Origin: Schmidtea nova
Lineage: Eukaryota
Assembly (NCBI GenBank): GCA_044892505.1
Contig: CM097882.1
Location: 315,580,001 to 315,644,000 of the forward strand
Length of the DNA stretch: 64,000 nt
Direction: 5' to 3'
The notes below the pieces were generated by a model, which was not told where the DNA came from, searched no databases, and was given only the letters and a program-made list of their open reading frames with translations. The translations under genes were made by a program, and so were the position numbers. This document shows positions 1-10,855 of the stretch, in pieces. How positions within the stretch are numbered: position 1 is the stretch's first letter; every line of letters starts with the position of its first letter.

Positions 1-96
1 AATAAATCGGATGAAATACATGAGGGATAAAAATAAATTAAACAAAAATGAAATCTAGTTACCAACTTTTATTTTAGTCCCACGAGTACAGTTTTC

Positions 97-1004
97 GGAT
101 CAGTGAAAAAACCACCAAATTTAGATCAGTGAAAAAAAACCGCCATATTTAGAATAAAAAAAAAATTCGTACAAGATAAAATAAATTTTCTTAATTTCAA
201 GTTTTAAATTGTTGAAGGATTCAACATGTTGAGTATGAACTCCAGTTGTTCGATTAACAAATTCATATTTATGACATACAGTCCTATGAATATATCCTAG
301 GTTTGTTAATCCAAGATAGCTTTTTATTTCATCTGTATGAATCGTCATTCCAGAAATAACATGATCGCAAATGATCGGCAAGAGTGTTGATGCCCTTTTA
401 TCAGCAATTACTTCCGCCCATACTCGGGTTATATGAGGTGCACATTCAACAATACATAAACAATCAGTTTTTGATTGAATAGTTGAGCATTGTTTCGTCA
501 CATGGAATTGTTGTACCAGGTCCACCAAGTTTACGTTCACAATTGTTAGCTTCCTTCATTCTTAAAACTAAGCAATCCATTATTTCTGAATATGCTGGTG
601 AAGAAACATTCAATGATAACAGTATTGACGAACGCGATTGTCCTGCGCACCATCTTAACAATATCTTCAATATCTTTTTAATGTATTTACCAAAAGGCTA
701 AAAAAGATCCTGTGCGTATGTCGGTTCTTTTACCATATTTGTCGCATCCCTTTGATAAGCACCGCCATACAAATGAATCCCCGTATGTTCTACAGGTTTC
801 ATATTTCATATTGCTGTTGCAAGTTCCTGTACAGCACATTTCTCTTTTTAAAAAGCTATTTTCAAACAAATAAATGTTAAATTCACAATCATTCATTCGA
901 ATTAAACTTTCTTCAATACTTTCAATATTCATTAATGAATAATAAATGTATAATAAAATATCAGTGAAAAGAAACAGCCATATGGCTGTTTTTTTCACTG
1001 ATCC
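97..1004 (-). mobile_element. Merlin (IS1595/ISXO2-like DDE) DNA transposon with frameshifted transposase
   Basis: TIRs GGATCAGTGAAAAA (97) / TTTTTCACTGATCC (1004); 8-bp TSD CAGTTTTC/CAGTTTTG. ORF pieces 687-998, 464-670 and 121-540 give CDETML, TIHTDEIKSY and TVCHKYEFV..TGVHTQHVES motifs. Confidence 0.9.
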
Positions 1005-1739
1005 CAGTTTTGGATCAGTTTTCCGATATCAACAATTTAACGAGTCGGGATAACGATTAATCAATAGTATTAATAAATAAGATTATTTAGTTGTCAGTTA
1101 TAAACTAGTTTCGTTAGATTTTAAAAAGTGGGTAACTGAAAAATTATAATTATTGCACTTATTTGACTGACTGGGCTAGTTCCTTATATACTATTTTTTG
1201 TAATAAAACTAGCCAACCAGAATCGATGTGCCCCCGCAAAATTGTAAGATTAATTAATTAATTTAATCAATCATGGTTTCTATTTCGTATATAATTTTCT
1301 TATTTTTTATAATTAATTTTCTAATTCTACTAAATTGTTTATTAATAAATTTTATTGTTTCATTTTTTATTATTATTTTTTGTTACATTTCAAGGGCTTC
1401 CACTTTTATTCCTTTATTGTTTGTTTTTCCCTTCATTAAATTATTATAATATTATTTTTCTTTTCCAATTACTCAATTCATTTTTTCTTTTCCTATTAAT
1501 TTCATTACATATCCCATTTCTTTTGCGCTTTTATAAATTAATTTACATATTTTTTCAAATTTGTTACTCATATAAGCCCAATACATAGTATAATATTATG
1601 GTCAGTGGGGGCAAGAGAAAAGTTTCTTTAAAATTATGTAAGCAGAAATAATTGAAAAGATATCTCTTATTAATTCAACAAATAATAAAAAAATATACAT
1701 AAATACATTCAATAAATCAATAATGAAACAAAAACGATT

Positions 1740-2280
1740 TCATTTTTTATATGTCCAGATTCTCCTGGGCATTGAAATATGCACGCAATAAACAAATAGT
1801 ATCAATTGTTGTATTACTGAGGCTGGTCCTAATTTTTTACATATTACTCCTGCTGATGAAAAAGCTCTTTCAGACTCAACAATTGTCGGTTTTATTGTCT
1901 GAAGAACATCTGAAAGGGTTGTGTGCCGTTCTTGTATACGAAAAATTAATCCATCTTTTAGTTCTCTGCTTAATGTCAAAAGATAGTCGAAAGCCGGTGT
2001 TAGATATTTTCCTCGGTGTTGTTTGTCTTCTATGACAGTGATTTCTTTTTTAACAAATTTTATTAAATGCGCTGTTAACTTCGTTTAATTTAATTTTTCT
2101 CTTTAATTGCTAATTGCAGCCTGTTTTTCATTGTTAATAGAGGTGCTAGTTCAAACGCTTCAGCTGTCTCATCGTCAGATGACTCATTTGATTAATTTGT
2201 CGATTCCACCACATTTTGTTCAACCGTTCGGCACAATAGTCTTTCTCCCACCCTTTAATGAGAATTTGTCCTCGAAATCT
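1740..2280 (-). pseudogene. hAT transposase C-terminal (dimerisation) fragment
   Basis: TIKPTIVESERAFSSAGVIC matches the hAT C-terminal S/T-x-x-ERxFS motif; frameshifted. Confidence 0.75.
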
Positions 2281-2932
2281 ATTTTTATACAAACTTTGTA
2301 GAAAAAAAATTTAGAATAATTTCCCTTTATTGGGAATCTAATTGATTTAAATTAAAAATATTTTCATCAAAAAGTAAAATTTAAAAAAATTTAGAATAAT
2401 TTCCCTTTATCTAATTAATTTAAGTTAAAAATTATTTTTAAAAATTTTCTCCCTTGGAAATTTATTTTTGATTTTCCCTAATGGGAAATTTTATTTTCAA
2501 TTTATCAATATTCTTATTTAATGGGCAATTAATTTTTCTTTTGCTGGTGTGTTGGTTAGATGTTCAACTGAGATCATTTTGATTTTATATGTTAGGGTGA
2601 TCTCGCCAACATAAAAATATCTCCCCGCTGACACACATGATGTATCCCTAACTACTCATCATGTTGGTACTGTGTCAACGTTGTGAAATGACAAGGCAGG
2701 TGAGCAACCTCGCGGTTACTATTCCCTTGTTTATTCACGGGTCCAAACACTACCGATAGAAGGTTTACGTGGATTTGTTTCGGTCCTTTTATACGCCCCT
2801 TTTAACTTTTCTAGAATAACTCAATTTTGGATACCTGTAGAATAAAATGAATCGGTTCGCTTTACTTTACTATTAATTTTACAATCATCCCACAGACAAT
2901 CAAATCAATTCAACTCGGTAAGTATACATTTA

Positions 2933-3181
2933 TTATTCACTCAATAACACTGAGGGATTTATCACTTCTAATAGTTGTCGTTCGGTCAATCCACTCAGCA
3001 AATCGACCTCAATGCCGATTCTTTCCGCGTAAGCCCTACGCTCTCGACATCTTTTCGCTCCTAGGCGGTTTCGGCGCTTCATTCTCTTTGAGCCTTCCAG
3101 TGGCGTCGATACTGTTGGGGTGGTCGTCGTTGAGCTGGAATCCGCCTCTGTCTGAGTACTTGTCGTTTTTTCTGGGTCCAC
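2933..3181 (-). CDS. Small protein with bZIP-type basic region
   Basis: KRMKRRNRLGAKRCRERR fits the N-x-x-A(G)-A-x-x-C-R basic motif; no clear leucine zipper. Confidence 0.55.
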   Translation of the reverse strand: MDPEKTTSTQTEADSSSTTTTPTVSTPLEGSKRMKRRNRLGAKRCRERRAYAERIGIEVDLLSGLTERQLLEVINPSVLLSE

Positions 3182-3328
3182 TGGCCATTGGTGACTTCCT
3201 CGCCACCAGATTTCATCATTTGTTTTGCAATGTCTTTGTTAAACATGCATATGTACTACAAAGTCTTTGTCAGTCATGCTTTATTAATGTATGTGTTTTG
3301 ATTTGCCATACATAGCAATAAGATACAT

Positions 3329-3583
3329 TTATTTAATATTTAAATAATAAACAACACATAATAGACAAAGTTTATACGCACAATTAAAATGTTCACCATA
3401 GAGACATGTTATATTCGTTGGAAAAACTGTATTCTTTATTGAATATGGTATTAATCGAAAAGTTGGAAAATATTTCTTCAATATTATGATTTTCCATTCA
3501 TTAGGCACATAAAATATTTGAGAAACATCAAGTACTTTCAATAAACATGTTGAACAAAAGTATCTTGTAAGTAATGGTTCCAA
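3329..3583 (-). CDS. Hypothetical Cys-containing Polinton small protein
   Basis: 84-aa ATG ORF with CxxC motifs, co-oriented between the protease and the bZIP-like ORF. Confidence 0.35.
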   Translation of the reverse strand: MEPLLTRYFCSTCLLKVLDVSQIFYVPNEWKIIILKKYFPTFRLIPYSIKNTVFPTNITCLYGEHFNCAYKLCLLCVVYYLNIK

Positions 3584-3732
3584 AAATATTATTTGAATTA
3601 ATTATACATAATTCTTTGATAACATTTTTATGACAGGAAATATTAATAAAGTAACAAATTTTTACAATACATTTATTTAATTATAACGTTTACACATTAA
3701 CCACGCAAGACAATGTTGACCACAAGTAATAG

Positions 3733-4005
3733 TTAATGGATGTTGAAATGGAACTTTATTATATTCAATAGGGGCACCAATTGATGATAGTTTTTGACTA
3801 AAAGTGATGGATAATAGTATCCCAATGTATAGAAAACAAATATATTGTCACTTTTTACATAGACTGCAATCAAATGTTCTCCATCGAGAGTAGATGATTG
3901 TGTATTGACAACTATGGCTTGATTTATATCCAAATATGGAATTTTATCAATTGGGTACACTCCAACAAATTCATTTCCCAATATTTGAGCACCTATTCGT
4001 ATTAT
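3733..4005 (-). pseudogene. Adenain-like cysteine protease (Polinton PRO), truncated/frameshifted
   Basis: FVGVYPIDKIP..IVVNTQSSTLDGEHLIAVYV matches the GVYPxD..IVNTD..GEHW motif. Confidence 0.85.
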
Positions 4006-4153
4006 CTGTAAGGAAATAAATCAATAAATTTTTATAAAAATCAAATACTTACTCCATGACATTTTTAAAACCTAATTCACTGCATTTATACTAATAATGA
4101 ATCATTCAAGTATTCTTTGAACAAAGTTCAAATCAGTATTCTTTTAACAAAGT

Positions 4154-5354
4154 TCAAATCAGTATAGTTCTATTTGCAGTAATTTGTACTTCATTTTCAA
4201 ATACTCCGTATATTATAACATGTACCGGTTCAGTAATAGCTTTTTCAAACTTAATATCTAAACGCAAATTTCCATTTTGAGGCAATTGACTCTGATTCAA
4301 ATCAAAATCAGGAGCGAGAACAAAAGTTAAGAACGGATATTTAGTTTTAAATCCATCGAGAGTTATATCGCAATTCATATTTTTATCCAAATATCCCATA
4401 TTTCTCACAATTGACTGCATATATGTAGCACAACAATTATTATTATCGAAATCCTGAGTAAATGTTTCTCTATAATCAGTATTTTTCGATAAAGTAAGAG
4501 ATGTAACACTAAAATGTTTGAAAATTGAGCTTGAAGCAGTATATGATCCATTGTATTGAGTTTCACTTTAAAAAGTGACGAGAATGAAGTTAGACATTCT
4601 TCTATCGCCACATATTTGTTCCTTATAGAATGATGAGGCACCTTTGGCAATTGCAAATTGTACTATTTCTTTCAATTTTAATGAGTATATTGCATGTTTA
4701 GAATTAAGTCCAATTTGATGACCTGCTATTCTTACCAATAGTTTCGCATCAATTAATTGACATTGGTGCTCCGGCAATACAATTTAGTGATAGAGCAGAA
4801 TCCGATCTTTTCAACCTAATGTGAACATTAATACCTGGAAGTAAATATTTCGGCTAATCCATAAAGTCTAGTTGTAATGATGAACACATTGTAAATGTTT
4901 TTGAACCTATTATCCATTTTTTCCTATCTTCATCACTACCATAACCCAAAGGCGTAAGACATGTATTTTTTGTATCGGAATTATAATTAAAAATAGTTTC
5001 TATTATTGCCTTGTGAGCATAAGTATTGTTTCCACCCTCAATCTTTATATTATTAAATCCAAGAATTGCATCTGTAAAAAGTGTATGAAACAGAAAGTTC
5101 TTTGGAGTTGTAGTATCAGCATCAGCATCAGCCAAAGCTTTTTTATCTTTATCTACAACCTTGATTTGAACAGTTAATAAGGTATCGTTCAAATCCAAAT
5201 ATTCCGTTTTAGAACCATTAATGGAAAACTCAACATAATTTCTACTATAAGTCAATGAATTCATAGGAAAACCCTCTTCGAATGCCCCAAATTCAATCAC
5301 CGCTTGTGGCGATGGTCGATCAAATATACATAATTCAGATTTTCCACAAATCAT
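4154..5354 (-). pseudogene. Polinton double jelly-roll major capsid protein, fragmented
   Basis: N-terminal CGKSELCIF..PQAVIE and C-terminal GNLRLDIKFEKAITEPVHVIIYGVFENEVQITANR motifs; several frameshifts. Confidence 0.88.
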
Positions 5355-5482
5355 TTTTTAAAGATAGTCCCATGTCCTTTCATTCGTTTGTTTATATGCC
5401 TTTTACGTTTAGGGGCTTCTTGATTAGTAGCCTGTTTTGGCTCTGGTTTGGGATGAAGTTTAATTATTTTCGGTATATTTAT

Positions 5483-6987
5483 TCATACCTTGAAAATTCC
5501 ATTTTGAGCATATATTGCTTTCGCTAATCCCAATGTTTTGACGATATTTCTGTCAAAAGTAATTTCATTAATATCTGGATTCAAACTGAATTTGAAGTAA
5601 GTATCATCCATCATTTCCAATGATTTAAAAATACTTCCACAATTTTGAATCAGATATGATTGCATTTCATCCAGTTTCGATATGACTAAGTTATCGTTAA
5701 ATGTATATATAAATGCAGTATCATCCTTATACTCTATCTTTATTATAATTTTTTCAAGTCTTTCTCCAACTTTGATATATTTAGGTAACGGCATCTTGTA
5801 TGTATCCGTAGGACTTACAATACTCTGTTTCGTTAATCCTAATCTTTTCGCCATTGCCAAAGTATCAAATGTTAAAGTGAAGGGATAATGATCACAGGTG
5901 AAATAAATAAAATTCTTATCGTTAGATATTTGAGCAATATCATCGACAGGATTAGATATATCAACTTCATCTAGCTGATTGTCAATTACCAAATTTTTAT
6001 ATTTTGAATGTAAAGTTTTCATTTTGTACTGAATTTCAGAATTACTATAAAATGGAAATGGATTATACATATTATTGTAATTATGTTGCAATAATTACGC
6101 TAATGTTACTTAAGGTAATGTAAAGATTACGATTTGGGTAATATTGAGTTGAGGATGAATGTGGGTTGTGAGATAGAGATTTGCAGAGCCCGAGAGAATC
6201 ACCGATTTATGTTGGGACAGTCGGGGTGTCTGTTGTGTGCTTGTGTGCGTGCGTATGTATATTTGTTCAACAAAAATAACCTTTAAAAAAATCAACTTTT
6301 ATTTAAGAAAGGATAACAGAACTATAAAAACTACTCACATGAATATTGCATAAATTGTACAACATATTTTCTTTAATTTGAACGTTTCTTTTGGATTTGT
6401 AATTTATTTTCTTTAGATATTCAATCTTATTAATCTTTTTTCTTTAGATATCCGATCTTATCAATTTTTTCCAATCTTATTACTGTACAATTATTATTAA
6501 TCTTCTTAATCTTTTAATCAATTTTCTTTGGTTATCTTTGTAATTCCAATTCTTCGCTTTATATTTAATTTCTATTTCTCAATCAATTCCCTATTTCTAA
6601 GGGTTATTGTATATCTTTATTAAAATTATTATTTTCTATATTCTGTTTTTTTAATTCTTATCCTCAATTAAAAAATAAATAAAATGCACAAAACAAATAT
6701 AAAATAGGGGTCGTCCCTTGTCAACAAGGACGCCCACGACTACAAAAGCGGTTGCAATAATCATAACATTAATGGGATAATAACAATGATAAAAATGACG
6801 ATAATAATCGTAATCATAATCAAAACAATCAAATTGTACAACATTAACAATACACAAATGTAAAGTCTAAGAGAGCGACTTCCAATCACAATTCAAGTAT
6901 ATTGGATTCTGAAAATCAACCATGAATTTACTGGCTTGATTGTTAGGATGAATAAGTGGACAACTATTACTCGGGAAAATTGTATAG
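5483..6987 (-). pseudogene. Polinton minor capsid (penton) split by a solo LTR
   Basis: The 5' part at ~6853-6987 (FYTIFPSNSCP..ASKFMV) and the 3' part at 5483-6068 are collinear with the uninterrupted homologue at 63610-64000. Confidence 0.8.
6076..6849 (-). mobile_element. Solo LTR (Gypsy-type) inserted in the penton gene
   Basis: TG...CA ends; ATAC at 6065-6068 and 6850-6853 is a candidate TSD, though the left end is not perfectly clean. Shares the CCCGAGAGA...TCGGGGTGT cassette with the 44-kb LTR. Confidence 0.7.
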
Positions 6988-7905
6988 AAATTTACTTTAC
7001 TAAATCTTTTGCTGATATCCATATTGGAGTTTAAAATCCATGCCACTTGACATAGTATTGTTTATCCTTACTTACCTTTTTGATTTTAAGATTGTTTGAA
7101 TTCTGAATACTTTAGGTGGAGGAATCACCTGTAATTCCTGCTCGTAAAATGTACCAGCTACTTCATTATTTTCATGATCTTTAATCACATACATGATAGG
7201 ATTTTGTTTTGTATTAATTTTTGATATTTTAAATACTTCATCACTCCAATTTGTGTCGAAATTTTTAATAAACGGTGATGCACTAATTTTAGATATACGC
7301 ACATGACCACTGACTTTATATTTAGGTTTCTTTAACTTTTTCTTGTTTTTTCGATAACCATAAATCAATTTCATTTTTAGATGAAATATCCACTGGTCTT
7401 AATCCATTTAAACCTCCATGTGATGAATGATTATAAATATGTATAATTTTCGGTAAAACATTTATCCAAGTTTTATTACATTGATGGACAAAATACTTTT
7501 TGAGTCTATCCCGCAGTGTTCGATTAAATCTCTCTACATGCGCTGCCTTGTATTGTGAATGCAGAATAATGATTTATTTTTAAGATAATCCATTATTTTC
7601 TTTACTTTACTGTTGTAAAATTCCTTACCTAAATATTGTCAAATAAATATTAATTATTGATAATACCTAAATTAGTTTTTAGATTGTTTGGATGTCCATC
7701 AACAAATAAAGTTTTTATAGCTTCAGCCATTTCATCAGCAGACTTTGTCTTAGTTGGAATAGCACGTGAGTAACGACTAAAAACATCTATACATGTTAAA
7801 ATATAATTGCATCCTTTGCTGATCTTTGAATATGGGATCATTTCCATTAAATCCATTTGCCATAAATCGTCAATTCCAAATGTTTTATATGCTCTTAGAG
7901 AAAAA
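6988..7905 (-). pseudogene. Polinton integrase with C-terminal chromodomain; contains 38-nt intron 7629-7666
   Basis: DLWQMDLMEM, YILTCIDVFSRY, KTNLG|KEFYN after splicing, AHVERFNRTLR and chromo-like KQYYVKWHG; N-terminus deleted. Confidence 0.88.
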
Positions 7906-8182
7906 TAGTCATTCTTTTCATGCTTGGTGCCCCAAGTAATGATGTGAAAAATGCATGAATTCGAGGAATAGTTTTTTTGTTAGATTTTTGTTTTGGTTTC
8001 ATTTTATGAAAAATTAAATTTTTGTTGGAAATATTCGTTACAAGTTTTTTCGATGACGTATAACTGGTTTTTGGTATTTGTCTTTCTATTTTCTTTTTGA
8101 GTATTTTTCGAATTTTTTCGAATTTTGGTTGTTTAAAATTTTTAGAAATCTTTTTATGTTTTACACAAGTCTTAAAATACAT
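7895..8182 (-). pseudogene. Basic Polinton core-like protein (homologue of 61976-62513), 3'-truncated
   Basis: KTSYTSSKKL and IHAFFTSLLGAPS align with the copy 2 ORF. Confidence 0.6.
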
Positions 8183-8194
8183 TATTGATTTGAT

Positions 8195-8830
8195 TTATAT
8201 TTTACTTTGTTTATAAACCATTGCCCCTTCCTTATTGAATATATCAGTTCTAACTCGTAATTCATCACTGCATTGTTGTGTGAAATCGAGAAAAATATAT
8301 CCATGAGGGCCTCTGGATTCATCCTGAAACGCGCTGATCAAGAAATTGGGATTATTCGGATACGCCTGTCTTGCAAGAAAATCAACAACTGTAGCATCTC
8401 TAGGATTCTTGAAAACAACCAAATAATGTACATTCAAATTGACGTGTTCGATATGCACCGCCTTGGTGAAACAGGTTTTGTGTGATAAAAATAAAAATAA
8501 CACTGACATGTCTAGTAGACATTGTCTACTGATTTGTGTGAATAAATTATTGAAATTCTTTTCTTTATTTGCTTCTTGATACAAACCATCAATAACAATT
8601 ACATCTCCCCTCTTTAATCGATTTGACCAATTTTTATCAAATTCCTTTACTATCTTCATATTTTTTTATTTACAAAAATTATCTTCAGTCAGTCGGCGTT
8701 CTTCATCAGCACCTCGATGCCAATAAATATTGTTAAATTTAGATTTAAAAAATTTGATTTTAGTAATTTGCAAACAACCACTAGGGCCTACAATTTGATA
8801 TACAGCATCATTTCTTAATTCCATTTTCAA
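8195..8830 (-). pseudogene. A32/FtsK-like DNA packaging ATPase
   Basis: Walker B VIVIDGL, NLFTQISR, NLNVHYLVVFKNPRD and HGYIFLDFTQ; Walker A broken (QIVGPSG then deletion). Confidence 0.9.
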
Positions 8831-8924
8831 ATTTAAATAATATTGCTATTGTTTATATTAATCAATTAAATGGACTTCATTAAAATATGTATGTATATAG
8901 TTGGGTTTGATAAGTAATTGTTAA

Positions 8925-9363
8925 ATGTTGTCAAATATAAATTATATAGGTAAATTAGATGTTTCCAAAAAGATTTTTCCCAAATGGAAAGCCACAACAA
9001 ATAGTTGATAGAATTGAAAAATATACGTTTATATTTTTCAAGTCCGGCAAATGTAGGATAATGGGTTGCAAGAACCCAATTATTAGAAATGACTTGGAAT
9101 ATAATATCAATGATATTCAAATTCAATCAATTACAGTAACAATTAACATCTGTTTTAATATTAACTTATACAAACTGGCAAAAAAAACTAATTGTATGTT
9201 TGAACCAGAACTTTTCCCAGCTTTAAGGCTTTTACAACATAATCCGATGTGTGTCAACATATTTTCTAGCGGTAAAGTTGTTGTGTTAGGACTTAAAAAT
9301 CTAGAGTACCAATCATTTATTAACAATCTTGTTATTGAAAAAACTGGATTGGTCGAACGCTGA
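8925..9363 (+). CDS. Element-encoded TATA-binding-protein-like protein (one 5' frameshift)
   Basis: IFFKSGKCRIMG, IQSITVT, FEPELFPAL and VNIFSSGKVVVLG match the two TBP core repeats. Confidence 0.85.
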
Positions 9364-9423
9364 TTGGCCCAAATTTATATAAATATGTATATTGAAAGTT
9401 ATTTTATCATTATATTTTTAAAA

Positions 9424-9789
9424 ATGAAACTGCTCGACATTAATGGTATATTTATTATTATACTTATTTCTTTATTATTATCATCATTTTTAGAATTGTC
9501 TTTGGAGATAGTAATGAATAAAATGGACGAACTATTCCCGCAACTCAAAATTGAAATGACCTACACCGCTCCGTAGCTATTGGCCTATAAACTCATAGGC
9601 CATACAGGAATCCATATTTTTCAAATCATTAAAGATCATTGGATCAATCCAGATGAAGAGATACCAAATGTGGCAAAGCCATATCAATTTCCATACAAAT
9701 GCGGAGCTTGCGGAGAAAGAATGAGTAAATATTTCATTTGGGTTCTGAGAAACGAGCTCCAAACCTACGATTTTTCAATATATAAATAA
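9424..9789 (+). pseudogene. Conserved Polinton orphan gene with YxCGxC motif (one premature TAG)
   Basis: Homologous to 60003-60497; the TAG at 9574-9576 aligns with Glu in copy 2. Possible 48-nt in-frame intron near the 5' end. Confidence 0.7.
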
Positions 9790-9880
9790 ATGTTTTCATT
9801 ATGTTTTTCTTTAATAGATGACTTTTAAATAATAATTAAAAAAGAAAGAAAACACACTAAATAATCTATAATAATACACT

Positions 9881-10030
9881 TGCATGATTAACACAGTCAC
9901 ATGCACTAATAGTGCATGATTAACACAGTCACATGCACTAATAATGCATGATAAACAAAAACACATGCACTAGTAGTGCGTGATAAACAAAAACACATGC
10001 ACTAATAGTGCATGATTAATTAAGACATAC
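9881..10030. repeat. About 32-bp tandem repeat (TGCATGAT(T/A)AAC...CATGCACTA)
   Basis: Four to five adjacent copies visible. Confidence 0.85.
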
Positions 10031-10039
10031 AATAATAAT

Positions 10040-10801
10040 CATGCATTAATAATGAATGACACGTGATTCATTATTATTATTACTATCTACAATCAGTATT
10101 TGTGGCCCTGAAAAGGACCGTTGGTGCGTTATCATTGATTGAATTTGTTGAATTGATTGTAGGGCAAACATTAGTTTTGATATAATGACAATCAGAATTT
10201 CGGTATATATGCTTAAAATAATAATAATAAATAAAATGACAAAATATAATAAAATGGCAAAAAAAACACTTATATTTCTGATACATATTTTGGTTATATA
10301 CAATCAATATTTGTGGCCCTGAAGAGGACCATTGGCGTGTTATCATTGACTGAATTTGTTGAATTTATTATAGGGCAATCATTAGTTTCTGATATAATGA
10401 CAATTAGAATTTCGGCCGATATGCTTAAAATAATAGTAATAATAATAATAATCATAATTATCTTTTTTCACCTTTGATCTTTTTTTATTATTAATATCAA
10501 TAATTCCCATAATGAATGACTAGATCAAAATTTCTTTAAATAAGTACACGATATTTCGACACAGCCTTTATCAAGTGTGTGTAAATACATTTTTTGATAC
10601 ATTATATTTTGGTCATATACAATCAAATTTGTGGCCCTGAAGAGGACGGTTAGCGTGTTATGATTGATTGAATTTGTTGAATTGATTGTAGGGCAATCAT
10701 TAGTTTTTGATATAATGACAATCAGAATTTTGGCAGATATGCTTAAAATTATATTAATAATAGTAATAATAATATTAATAGTAATATTAATAGTAATATT
10801 A

Positions 10802-10855
<54 letters not shown>

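Noticed and set aside
2300-2530. TTCCC/GGGAA motif repeats as a Polinton TIR
   Set aside because: No matching inverted partner in the window and no typical AGT-type terminus.
2543-2570. tRNA/Pol III A- and B-box-like sequence (TGGTGTGTTGGTTAG..GTTCAAC)
   Set aside because: Spacing is too short and no cloverleaf can be drawn.
4008-4053. GTAAGT...TTACAG intron-like segment at the protease 5' end
   Set aside because: Splice signals look real, but no phase gives an open ATG-initiated frame in this copy; unresolved, so not claimed.
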